DNA of 64,000 nucleotides from the NCBI RefSeq assembly GCF_054482525.1, contig NZ_CM137006.1; one strand, written 5' to 3'. The first letter of the stretch is position 1; each line of letters begins with the position of its first letter. Shown one piece after another: positions 45,287 through 53,690 of this stretch. The notes below the pieces were generated by a model. That model was not told the DNA's origin. It worked only from the letters and a program-made list of their open reading frames with translations, and ran no database searches. The translations under genes were made by a program, and so were the position numbers.

Positions 45287-45460
45287 GTGTTTTTAATTAT
45301 TTTGAGTGTGATAATTTCTGGTGGATTGTTATTTATTGACCGCTACAAATATTTTCTTAACCCTCAGACTCAAGCTATTTGCTGGTTCATCTTTGTTGTG
45401 CAGGGAGTAGTTCTTGTTGCAAGCCTTATTGAGGGGAGGCCTCTTATTTTTACTGGGTAA
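45287..45460 (+). CDS. Small membrane protein (2 predicted TM)
   Basis: 57 aa hand-translated ORF, GTG start 6 nt after AAGGA RBS. Confidence 0.35.
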   Translation: MFLIILSVIISGGLLFIDRYKYFLNPQTQAICWFIFVVQGVVLVASLIEGRPLIFTG

Positions 45461-45472
45461 ATAGGTGACTAC

Positions 45473-45769
45473 ATGCAAGCTATAGGATTCATTGTTTATA
45501 TCGTCGTTGGTCTTTTTCAGTTGGCAGCAATTATGGCTGGGCTTGAATCATGGTGGGGATTGCACTGGATAATTGCAGCCCCCATTGCTTTCATCGTGAG
45601 CTATATTCCATTTGTTGGAGCGATTGTTGGTATGGTTGGCGCTGTGGATGTATGGCGGTGGGAGTGGTGGCAGGCTGGCCTTCTCTTCTTTGGTGGGATC
45701 ATCTTTGCTATTGTCTGCGGTGGAATGTCATCATTTTTCGAATGGCTATCATTCAGAAAAGGGACGTGA
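45473..45769 (+). CDS. Small membrane protein (about 3 TM)
   Basis: 98 aa hydrophobic ORF. Confidence 0.5.
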   Translation: MQAIGFIVYIVVGLFQLAAIMAGLESWWGLHWIIAAPIAFIVSYIPFVGAIVGMVGAVDVWRWEWWQAGLLFFGGIIFAIVCGGMSSFFEWLSFRKGT

Positions 45770-46032
45770 CATGTCACAGGCCGCTTTCGCGGCCTTGTTT
45801 TTAACGAATGCCACCGCCGCCCGGACGGGAATCCGCAGAACGCCCACCGCAGCGGGAGCCGTCAGCGGCAGTATCGCTGTCGTGCTGACAACGACCGGCA
45901 AAGGCCTGAGTTGAAGCTACCAGAGACAACAAAACGAACAGTGCAGCAAATGCTTTTTTCATTGTGAAATTTCCATCTATAAGCCACCTCAATGTGGCGT
46001 CAATGAGTGTAGCACTGACTTTTGTTTCGTCC

Positions 46033-46055
46033 ACAAAAAATCCCGCAGCGCGGGC
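46033..46055 (-). terminator. Rho-independent terminator of the minus-strand cargo operon
   Basis: Minus strand reads GCCCGC-GCT-GCGGG-A-TTTTTT directly after toxin stop codon. Confidence 0.7.
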
Positions 46056-46601
46056 TTATTCCTTCCATTTATCAGAAAAAAGATCTTCTTCTAAAGGCAT
46101 TGGTTCTGTTTTTGTTTTCTCAAAGAATTGATAACTGATAGTGATTGCTGCCTCTTTAAACTCTTCTTGCTCAGTTATGTTGTGGGCATCTGCGTCAACA
46201 AAAAACATAACCAGCGCATCACGATTGTGATTTACCGAATAAACTAAAAAGCAATTACTTGTTGGTATGCATTTTACTTGCACAGACGCTATTTTTTTCC
46301 ATGCATCCCAAGATGATTTTTTACCAGTGTGTTTTTTATCACTATCTTCTGGAATATAGTCTTGGTTATCGACATGAGTATGCCTGACATTTAGTTTAAG
46401 CATTTCTGTCGGACGAGCAAATGCAGCATCTTTACCAAGAGATGGATGGTATCCCGTTTTCCAATACTGGGTAAAGGCATCAGATACTTTCTTCAGCTCA
46501 AGATCAGATGCACAAAGGGCCGAGAAATTTTGCGTATGCAATACTCGACCCTTATATCTGACAATTTGATTTTTATCATTCTGCGACGCAGACGAACTCA
46601 T
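46056..46601 (-). CDS. YafO-like toxin candidate with N-terminal extension
   Basis: 181 aa from ATG with AAGGA RBS; C-terminal part resembles recalled YafO core. Confidence 0.4.
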   Translation of the reverse strand: MSSSASQNDKNQIVRYKGRVLHTQNFSALCASDLELKKVSDAFTQYWKTGYHPSLGKDAAFARPTEMLKLNVRHTHVDNQDYIPEDSDKKHTGKKSSWDAWKKIASVQVKCIPTSNCFLVYSVNHNRDALVMFFVDADAHNITEQEEFKEAAITISYQFFEKTKTEPMPLEEDLFSDKWKE

Positions 46602-46755
46602 AATTTTCCTTATTGTTACGAGAATCAAAGAAAGCGCGGGATACGCGACTTGCGTGATCTTTTGTCATAGTAACTTTTACGCACTCTACGCTTCCATTGA
46701 AAGAACGTCTTGCGGCAGCTTGCGCTCTACGCATCTGCAATTTTTCGTTTCGCAT
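46576..46755 (-). CDS. Small basic protein, candidate antitoxin/regulator
   Basis: 59 aa hand-translated ORF (below ORF-track cutoff) with GAGGT RBS; 3' end overlaps toxin start by 26 nt. Confidence 0.3.
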   Translation of the reverse strand: MRNEKLQMRRAQAAARRSFNGSVECVKVTMTKDHASRVSRAFFDSRNNKENYEFVCVAE

Positions 46756-46815
46756 GACATTACCTCATATCTCATAAGTTCATTACACGGATTAATAAAA
46801 ATGAAACCAATCCGT

Positions 46816-46830
46816 TTACCCTTGAGGTAA
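46816..46830. promoter_or_regulatory. TTACC-N5-GGTAA motif upstream of small ORF/toxin pair
   Basis: TTACCcttgaGGTAA. Confidence 0.45.
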
Positions 46831-46902
46831 TAGTACGCTATTCACCCACAGTCTGCAATCTGTACAGAATTATTTAAAGGCACATCCCTGTGCCGCCGCC
46901 CG

Positions 46903-47598
46903 TCAGAAGAACCCTGCCTTGTCGTTGATGTACTCCGCGTGCGTCTGGATATCACGCAGGCATTTGCTCACACCGACGATGTAGCAGAACATGGTGGTCA
47001 GCTCCGCCGCCGCGCCCGATACGTCGTGCCCGTCGTCCTGTAACTGGTTCAGCAGATTCATCAGCAGTGAGTTCTCCGTCAGGCCGAGAACACCAGACGG
47101 CGAATGAATCAGGCTGCGGTAGCCGGGCTTCAGTGGGGCACTGTAGGTTTTGTTCTCTATCTTCATCGCCTGCATCACTGCTGATGCTGTGGCGTTGGCT
47201 ACCTGGTCGGCAACCATCTTTATGCGCTCTTCCTGCGGGAGCGAGTTTTTAATGTAACTTCCGGTGCGGCGGATCTGAGGAAGAACCTCACCTGTAACCC
47301 ATTTACGAAAGCGGTATGGGATAGTGCCTGGTGTCACTGCGTCGCGGCAGCGGAGGATCAGTGTGTAGAGGCCTGACTCGGAGATGATGATCGATTCTTG
47401 CTCACCGCCAGGGGTGTCGGTTGAAGCGACGCCCTTCTCATCATCATCAAGTTTTCGAACAGCATCTCGATGGTTTGCTATGCCTATAGCCCGACAAACA
47501 TCTGAAGCGATAAACCATGGCTCACCATTAATGACGATTACTCGTATATCGGCTTGGGATTCGAAAGAAAAAATGGACGTGCTTTTTGTAGCTGTCAT
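46903..47598 (-). CDS. BRO-N domain antirepressor-like protein
   Basis: 231 aa; N-terminal Bro-N-like pattern (INGEPWFIASDVCRAIG); C-terminal domain paralogous to ORF 47914-48171. Confidence 0.6.
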   Translation of the reverse strand: MTATKSTSIFSFESQADIRVIVINGEPWFIASDVCRAIGIANHRDAVRKLDDDEKGVASTDTPGGEQESIIISESGLYTLILRCRDAVTPGTIPYRFRKWVTGEVLPQIRRTGSYIKNSLPQEERIKMVADQVANATASAVMQAMKIENKTYSAPLKPGYRSLIHSPSGVLGLTENSLLMNLLNQLQDDGHDVSGAAAELTTMFCYIVGVSKCLRDIQTHAEYINDKAGFF

Positions 47599-47867
47599 AG
47601 TGGTTACCTTTTAGTCTGGTTAATCACCACTACCGACGCCAATCGGTTGGTGGTGAGCTGTGCAGGGTTGGCGTAACCGGCTAAAAGGACCCGGCGCACC
47701 TTTCGGTGCCCCCACACAGCCCACCATAATACGAATGTGGCCGTGCTATACGCATAAAAAAACCGCTTGCGCGGTGAATGCGCCTTTTAGTAATCCGGGA
47801 CGCCAATCCCGGCACTGGATTTTGCCAGTGCCCGATTACTATGGCACAAGAGGAGTGCGATGTAAAT

Positions 47868-47882
47868 TTACCGCAAAGGTAA
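47868..47882. promoter_or_regulatory. TTACC-N5-GGTAA motif upstream of BRO-N gene
   Basis: TTACCgcaaaGGTAA. Confidence 0.45.
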
Positions 47883-47913
47883 ATATAAGCACTTCATTTG
47901 GTAATTGCAAACC

Positions 47914-48171
47914 TTATCTGGTTTGTTTTCGTAATTGTTCGGCACAATAGTCGAGATGTGTTTGCAGATCCTGCATAGACATCTGTGAGCTGGTGACGTA
48001 GTTAATCAGTGCAGTCAGTTCGGCAAGTGGGCCATCGACATTAAATCCATCCTTATCTAGATCCCGGAGTAATTTCATCAAGTGCGATCCCTCCACCAGT
48101 GACTTGACGCCTCCCGGCGTGTGAATCCTTTCGGTAAATCCGTCTTCCAGTGGATAGTGATACTGCTGCAT
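47914..48171 (-). CDS. Small LexA-controlled protein, Tum-like antirepressor candidate
   Basis: 85 aa from ATG with GGAG RBS; ~45% identity by eye to C-terminal 60 aa of adjacent BRO-N protein; LexA box upstream. Confidence 0.5.
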   Translation of the reverse strand: MQQYHYPLEDGFTERIHTPGGVKSLVEGSHLMKLLRDLDKDGFNVDGPLAELTALINYVTSSQMSMQDLQTHLDYCAEQLRKQTR

Positions 48172-48191
48172 CTTAATCTTCTCCATGCAAT

Positions 48192-48211
48192 AACTGTATA
48201 TTTATACAGTA
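48192..48211. promoter_or_regulatory. LexA (SOS) box AACTGTATATTTATACAGTA
   Basis: CTGT-N8-ACAG with AT-rich spacer, near-consensus; upstream of minus-strand gene 47914-48171. Confidence 0.75.
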
Positions 48212-48248
48212 TCAAATAATTTGTTTGCTATCCAGCACGTTTTGCAAA

Positions 48249-48263
48249 TTACCTAAAAGGTAA
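48249..48263. promoter_or_regulatory. TTACC-N5-GGTAA motif in divergent region between cargo operon and tailspike
   Basis: TTACCtaaaaGGTAA. Confidence 0.45.
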
Positions 48264-48367
48264 TATCTATTTATATTCACAGTATTTCTATCCATATGTG
48301 GTTTTTCAGGTAATAGAATAACCAGATATGCGGCGCAACGGGTGCTGCGACTATCTGGAGATTTAAC

Positions 48368-51142
48368 ATGACGGTCTCAACCGAAGTTGACCACAACGAA
48401 TACACAGGTAACGGCGTTACGACATCATTTCCGTATACCTTCCGCATTTTCAAAAAAACAGACCTGGTTGTTCAGGTGTCTGACCTGAACGGTAACGTAA
48501 CAGAATTGGTTCTGGATACCGGTTATACGGTAACTGGGGCGGGCACTTATAGTGGCGGTTCTGTTGTTCTTCCGTCGCCGCTTGCTGCTGGCTGGAAAAT
48601 CACGATAGAGCGTGTGCTTGATGTGGTGCAGGAGACTGATCTTCGCAATCAGGGAAAATTTTTCCCCGAAGTTCATGAGGATGCATTTGACTACCTGACG
48701 ATGCTGATCCAGCGATGTTTTGGGTGGTTCAGACGTGCATTGATGAAACCATCTTTGCTTGCAAAATATTACGATGCAAAGCAAAACAGAATTTCTAACC
48801 TTGCAGATCCATCACTTGAGCAGGATGCTGTAAATAATCGCTCAATGCGTAATTATGTCGATGCTGCAATCGCCGGGGTTGTTGGTGGTTTTGGTTGGTT
48901 TATTCAGTATGGTTTTGGGGCAGTATATCGAACGTTCCAGGATAAGATGCGGGATATCGTCAATGTTCGCGATTTTGGTGCAAAAGGGGATGGCATTACT
49001 GACGATACAGACGCAATAACAAATGCCATCATTTACTGCGCATCTAACGGAAAACGCCTGAAGTGGGATTCTGGTGTGTATTTGATTAGCCGCATAAAAT
49101 GCGGCGGGGATAATTATAACTATGACTGGGTAGCTGATGGCAAGGTTGTCTTAAAGTCAACCGCAAAAGAGCCTCTTGGTCCAAACTGGATTGATGATTA
49201 TTTCATAAGACTCGAAGGTGGAGATGCCACGCCAATTGACTATAATTCAACAATAAATCCTGGTGACACATCAATATCAATTAACTCAGCATATTCTGTT
49301 GATGCAGGCGATATAATTATGATTCATGGTAATCGCTTAATTCAGACAGATAATAGAGGACAGGCTTGTGAAGGTGAAATGCATGTTGTTACTGCTTTTG
49401 ATAATGCAACAAAAAAAGCGGAGATATCAGGTGCATTTTATTTTTTCTACTCTGCGAGCAATGATTACTCAACGACCGTAACAGCATCTGTATCCGGAGG
49501 TGAATTCTCATTTGGTAATGATGCAACATTAACAAAACAATACAATCAGGTAAAAGTAACAGGTGTCACCGGAGCTAACGCCGGAATATCAAGATACATA
49601 ACTCATTGGGATTACGACACTAAAACAGCAAAATTTGAATATGCTCAGGGACCATTCCCGTTTAAACCATCTGTTGGAGACGTGTTTAAAATCACAAGAA
49701 AGGCAAATATATATAAAAGAAAACCATGCTACGGCAGAATTGTCGGTGATTTCAATTTTGAAAGACCTGTCACGCAGAACGCATCTCCTGGTGATTTGGG
49801 GTTCCGTGGTCTTGTGATAGATGGCGCTGTTGATATGCATATAGAAGGAATAAAACTAATCGGCTTTTCAGAAACTGGAATTTTTCTTGAGTCATGCTAC
49901 AGAACGAAAATAATAGAGCCATATATTGAATACTCAAACCGTGCATATGATTTAACAAACGGCACTGGTTATGGTGTTGAAATATACAATAGCAGCTATT
50001 GCACAGTCGTGGATATGATAGCATTTGCTTGCAGGAGGGGGCTTGATGTAAGCGGGACTCAAATGGTATCACTGTATAATAACATTATAAATCCAACGAT
50101 GATGGGTGGTGGAACTGCATATGATGGAGTTAAATTTTTCCCTGATGGCGATACAAGAAATTCATGTTGCGGTGGACACGGCCCATCATACGAAACAACT
50201 TTTACAGGCGGCAATTCAGTCAATTTGTATTATGCTGGTGTAATACGCGGATTAAATGAAGTGTATGATGGAATGAACGCCAGGGGATTTAGCGGACCGG
50301 CTCCTTTTTTTGTAAGATATAGTGGTGGTGGGTTCACGATTCAGAACTGTAATTATATTGATGGTTTTACTGAGATGTCTTTGCCATACAACTTGAGGTA
50401 CAAACCTGTGAATGCAACTCAACGTAATCACAGACCTTTTGTTTTTATTGAAACAACTCTGGCACAGACAGACAGAAACTCTTACTATAAAGAACTTCCT
50501 GTTGTTATTAAGAATAATACCGCAAGGACTGTTCTCAAGGGCTTTTTACGTTTTGAGGTTAATGATGGCCTCACCCCTCTAATCCAAAATATTTATTTTG
50601 GTGGTAATTTATGCATGGCGAACCCAGAAACATCAGACTCTGTATCAGGGCAAACAGAGGCAGTAATGGTTTATTCATCAGTTCCTGGTGCAATAATTGT
50701 TCGAAATTTCCATGATCTTGGCGGTAACAGAATTGTTCCTGTTGGAGCAGGATACAGATACTGCGGTATGTTCAACACGCCAGATGGAATAGCAGGAACA
50801 ATAGTTCAACCAGACGGAAAATATCTAATAACACTTGAAGCCAACAAATCTACAAGTATCCTTGTTGGTGGATATGTCCCATGTGTTCGCCTTGATATGC
50901 ACGACATACTTGATATTCATGGGGTAATTGCAGTTGGTGTTCTTATTCATCGTGGTGAGGCAATTGATTTTTCTCCTTTAAAAGAAATTAATAAGCAAAA
51001 TGTTGTATTGAAAACCGGAGTTCTTTCAGATAATGATGGTGATGAAAATAACTTAAATATTTCGTTTGACTTTGCAACCATATATTTAAGCAACAAGATG
51101 CCAAATAAGATTCAACTATCTATTGAAGTATCAGGAGTGTAA
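48368..51142 (+). CDS. Tailspike / receptor-binding protein
   Basis: 924 aa; N-terminal virion-attachment-like region, large repetitive beta-rich body; position typical. Confidence 0.6.
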   Translation: MTVSTEVDHNEYTGNGVTTSFPYTFRIFKKTDLVVQVSDLNGNVTELVLDTGYTVTGAGTYSGGSVVLPSPLAAGWKITIERVLDVVQETDLRNQGKFFPEVHEDAFDYLTMLIQRCFGWFRRALMKPSLLAKYYDAKQNRISNLADPSLEQDAVNNRSMRNYVDAAIAGVVGGFGWFIQYGFGAVYRTFQDKMRDIVNVRDFGAKGDGITDDTDAITNAIIYCASNGKRLKWDSGVYLISRIKCGGDNYNYDWVADGKVVLKSTAKEPLGPNWIDDYFIRLEGGDATPIDYNSTINPGDTSISINSAYSVDAGDIIMIHGNRLIQTDNRGQACEGEMHVVTAFDNATKKAEISGAFYFFYSASNDYSTTVTASVSGGEFSFGNDATLTKQYNQVKVTGVTGANAGISRYITHWDYDTKTAKFEYAQGPFPFKPSVGDVFKITRKANIYKRKPCYGRIVGDFNFERPVTQNASPGDLGFRGLVIDGAVDMHIEGIKLIGFSETGIFLESCYRTKIIEPYIEYSNRAYDLTNGTGYGVEIYNSSYCTVVDMIAFACRRGLDVSGTQMVSLYNNIINPTMMGGGTAYDGVKFFPDGDTRNSCCGGHGPSYETTFTGGNSVNLYYAGVIRGLNEVYDGMNARGFSGPAPFFVRYSGGGFTIQNCNYIDGFTEMSLPYNLRYKPVNATQRNHRPFVFIETTLAQTDRNSYYKELPVVIKNNTARTVLKGFLRFEVNDGLTPLIQNIYFGGNLCMANPETSDSVSGQTEAVMVYSSVPGAIIVRNFHDLGGNRIVPVGAGYRYCGMFNTPDGIAGTIVQPDGKYLITLEANKSTSILVGGYVPCVRLDMHDILDIHGVIAVGVLIHRGEAIDFSPLKEINKQNVVLKTGVLSDNDGDENNLNISFDFATIYLSNKMPNKIQLSIEVSGV

Positions 51143-51178
51143 TTGTATCAATTTGCTAAATTAAAAAAGGATAAAAAT

Positions 51179-51463
51179 ATGGATACAACACCAATAACAC
51201 ATGCAGTATGCGCGGTTATTGCGCAGATACTGGTTGGCCTTTCTACCGGAAACTGGGCTTACGGTGCGATAGCCGGTTGTACGTTCTTCATTGCGCGTGA
51301 ACACACCCAGGCAGAATATCGCTGGATAGAAAAGTTTGGGAAAGGGAAACGTATCAACATGCCATGGTGGGGAGGTTTTGATCCACGCGTGTGGGATGTG
51401 GGAAGTCTGTTGGATTTTGCTGTTCCTGTCATTTTTTGTTTTTGTATTTATTTCTCTATTTGA
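51179..51463 (+). CDS. Small membrane protein after tailspike
   Basis: 94 aa from ATG with AAGGA RBS; two hydrophobic segments. Confidence 0.4.
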   Translation: MDTTPITHAVCAVIAQILVGLSTGNWAYGAIAGCTFFIAREHTQAEYRWIEKFGKGKRINMPWWGGFDPRVWDVGSLLDFAVPVIFCFCIYFSI

Positions 51464-51683
51464 CCGCTACCGCGCCATCAAATGGCGCGGTATTCAACCC
51501 GATCTCCATAGTTTGAATCATTTCTGTACTGTTGTTTCTTCAGTGTTATGTAAAAGGTGAGCCTTATTATCGGCATGAAAACAGGGGATTGACGATGTTG
51601 AAGTAACAAAAAACCATAAATGGTTTATCATGCATAATGCTTTACTGTTCAGGAGGTAGTTATGCATATAAACGGTGGAAAAC

Positions 51684-52088
51684 ATGTCAGCTCAACTAAC
51701 CAGTGAAACTTTAAATCAGTGGCTTAGCATGAGTTCTCTGGCGGCGGTGATAGCAGGAGTTCCTCCTGAGGTTGCTTTGGGGGCTTTGGCTGGAGCGGTA
51801 ATTTTTGTTACCTCTGCGGTAGAGTATCCCATTCGTCGTCGTGTACTCTTGTCGATGCTTAGCTTTCTCTGCGGCCTTCTTTTTTATAAACCAGCAGCAT
51901 CAATTCTTATCGGCATAGCCAGCATGATCCCTACTATCACGCAGGACTCTTTTGAAAAAGGGATTGTTTTCTCTGCTGGCGCATTCGTGTCAGCAATTGT
52001 TGCTGTGCGTATTGGTATATGGCTCTACCACCGTTCCGATAATCCACGCGAGTTAATTCCGGGGAGAAAAGACGATGGTAACGCATGA
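51684..52088 (+). CDS. Membrane protein, holin candidate
   Basis: 134 aa; several TM segments; upstream of endolysin. Confidence 0.4.
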   Translation: MSAQLTSETLNQWLSMSSLAAVIAGVPPEVALGALAGAVIFVTSAVEYPIRRRVLLSMLSFLCGLLFYKPAASILIGIASMIPTITQDSFEKGIVFSAGAFVSAIVAVRIGIWLYHRSDNPRELIPGRKDDGNA

Positions 52089-52383
52089 GTTTTTTTTGCT
52101 TATCACCAATGCAGTTATTTGTACTGGCATAGCAATTCGTGTTGTCACATTCCGGCGTAACGGATCTCAACATCGAAGATGGGGGGGGTGGCTTGCTTAT
52201 TTCCTGATTGTTGCTGCGGCCAGTATTCCGGTTCGTGTTGCCTATGCAATCTGGTTCCGCACGCCAATGGCTGTGGATTTATCTGAGGTCATTATCAACG
52301 CTGTCATGCTCGCTGCGGTTATTAAAACGCGCGGTAACGTCGTTCAAATTTTCAAAGTATCGAGGTCTAAACATGGAGATTAA
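52075..52383 (+). CDS. Holin-like membrane protein
   Basis: 102 aa; 3 TM-like segments; directly upstream of endolysin. Confidence 0.45.
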   Translation: MVTHEFFLLITNAVICTGIAIRVVTFRRNGSQHRRWGGWLAYFLIVAAASIPVRVAYAIWFRTPMAVDLSEVIINAVMLAAVIKTRGNVVQIFKVSRSKHGD

Positions 52384-53002
52384 ACAATTCCAGCGAGCTG
52401 CTGGTATTAGCGAGGCGCTGGCCGCACGCTGGTTCTCGCATATAACTTCTGCGATGAAAGAGTTTGGTATCAGCAAACCAGAAGATCAGGCAATGTTTAT
52501 TGCTCAGGTCGGGCATGAGTCTGGAGGTTTCACCCGGTTGCAGGAAAATTTCAACTACAGCGTCAGCGGACTGGCTAACTTTGTTCGGGCTGGGCGTCTC
52601 ACTCAGGGACAGGCCAACGCACTGGGTCGCCGTGCTGGTGAACCGCCATTACCACTCGAGCGCCAGCGTGCGATCGCAAATTTGGTGTACAGCAAACGCA
52701 TGGGGAACAATGCCCCCGGCGATGGCTGGAATTACCGGGGTCGCGGACTTATCCAGATTACCGGTTTGAATAACTATCGTGATTGCGGAAACGGCCTGAA
52801 AGTGGACCTGCTGGAGAATCCTGAACTGTTGGCGCAGGACGAATACGCGGCTCGTAGCGCGGCGTGGTTCTTCTCCAGCAAAGGCTGCATGAAGTATACC
52901 GGAGATATTGCACGTGTAACTCTGCTTATCAATGGTGGCCGGAACGGCATTGATGACCGGCGCGCGCGATACATCACTGCCAGTAAGGTGCTGGCGGTAT
53001 GA
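52373..53002 (+). CDS. Endolysin, GH19 chitinase-like
   Basis: 209 aa from ATG with GAGG RBS; conserved HESGGF and [12 protein letters not shown]-type motifs. Confidence 0.7.
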   Translation: MEIKQFQRAAGISEALAARWFSHITSAMKEFGISKPEDQAMFIAQVGHESGGFTRLQENFNYSVSGLANFVRAGRLTQGQANALGRRAGEPPLPLERQRAIANLVYSKRMGNNAPGDGWNYRGRGLIQITGLNNYRDCGNGLKVDLLENPELLAQDEYAARSAAWFFSSKGCMKYTGDIARVTLLINGGRNGIDDRRARYITASKVLAV

Positions 53003-53496
53003 TCTGGGCATTCGCAAAAGCATACTGGAAACAGTTGGTTATCATGGCGATGCTTGCTGTTCTGGTCATATCAGGAGTTGTAGCCTGGAATGCACACGGT
53101 AGTCGTCAGTACGACGCCGGGTATGCACAGGCACAGGAAGATCAGAAACAGGCTGATGATAAGGCCAGGTCACAACGTGATCAGGAGAAAACACAAATTG
53201 AACGTGAAGCACAATCCCGTATCGATGTGGCGCGTGTTGATGCTGAGCATGCTAATGCCGCTGCTGACAGCCTGCGCGCCGAGCTTGACAAAACCAAGCG
53301 ACTCGCCGAACACTATACCGGATCTTTCCCCACTGGCACGTCAGCCAGCAAGGTCATCGGTGTGCTCGCCGACATGCTTGAAGAAAGCAACCGAGTTTAC
53401 AACGCAACAGCAGCTGAGGCTGAAAAGTATCGGATTGCAGGAGAATCCTGCGAACAGCAATACGATTCACTGAAGAAACAAAAATCGTGGCACTGA
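52999..53496 (+). CDS. i-spanin (Rz-like)
   Basis: 165 aa; N-terminal TM then charged coiled-coil; overlaps endolysin stop. Confidence 0.65.
   Translation: MIWAFAKAYWKQLVIMAMLAVLVISGVVAWNAHGSRQYDAGYAQAQEDQKQADDKARSQRDQEKTQIEREAQSRIDVARVDAEHANAAADSLRAELDKTKRLAEHYTGSFPTGTSASKVIGVLADMLEESNRVYNATAAEAEKYRIAGESCEQQYDSLKKQKSWH
53225..53473 (+). CDS. o-spanin (Rz1-like) embedded in Rz gene, +1 frame
   Basis: Lipobox LLTAC after hydrophobic leader, Pro-rich mature region; start codon uncertain. Confidence 0.5.
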   Translation: MWRVLMLSMLMPLLTACAPSLTKPSDSPNTIPDLSPLARQPARSSVCSPTCLKKATEFTTQQQLRLKSIGLQENPANSNTIH

Positions 53497-53624
53497 TTTC
53501 CGGTGACGGTATATAAAACGGTACGGCGAAAATCAGGTTGCAGAAAGTTGTTATCAGTCAATTGGTTATGTGTGTCGTAAATAATTGAGTGGGAATAATT
53601 TGACCCTGCACTATGAATGAACAA

Positions 53625-53652
53625 AACCCTCTGTTACTACAGAGGGTTTTTT
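53625..53652. repeat. Prophage right attachment site (attR); AACCCTCTGTTactACAGAGGGTTTTTT
   Basis: Direct repeat of 13100-13126; host genes resume immediately after. Confidence 0.7.
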
Positions 53653-53690
53653 ATCTTCAAGAATTATAGGCTTGAAGTTACTTACATCGA

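Larger units (their letters stand above)
13100..53652. mobile_element. Integrated prophage (~40.5 kb), lambdoid early region plus podovirus-like late region
   Basis: Flanking direct repeats; integrase at left end; contiguous phage gene content; host yfgI resumes after right repeat. Confidence 0.85.

Noticed and set aside
45612-45914. 100-aa plus-strand ORF overlapping the 3' end of the 98-aa membrane gene
   Set aside because: Out of frame with and overlapping a better-supported gene; only its distal part (45771-45914) is considered, as an ambiguous small ORF.
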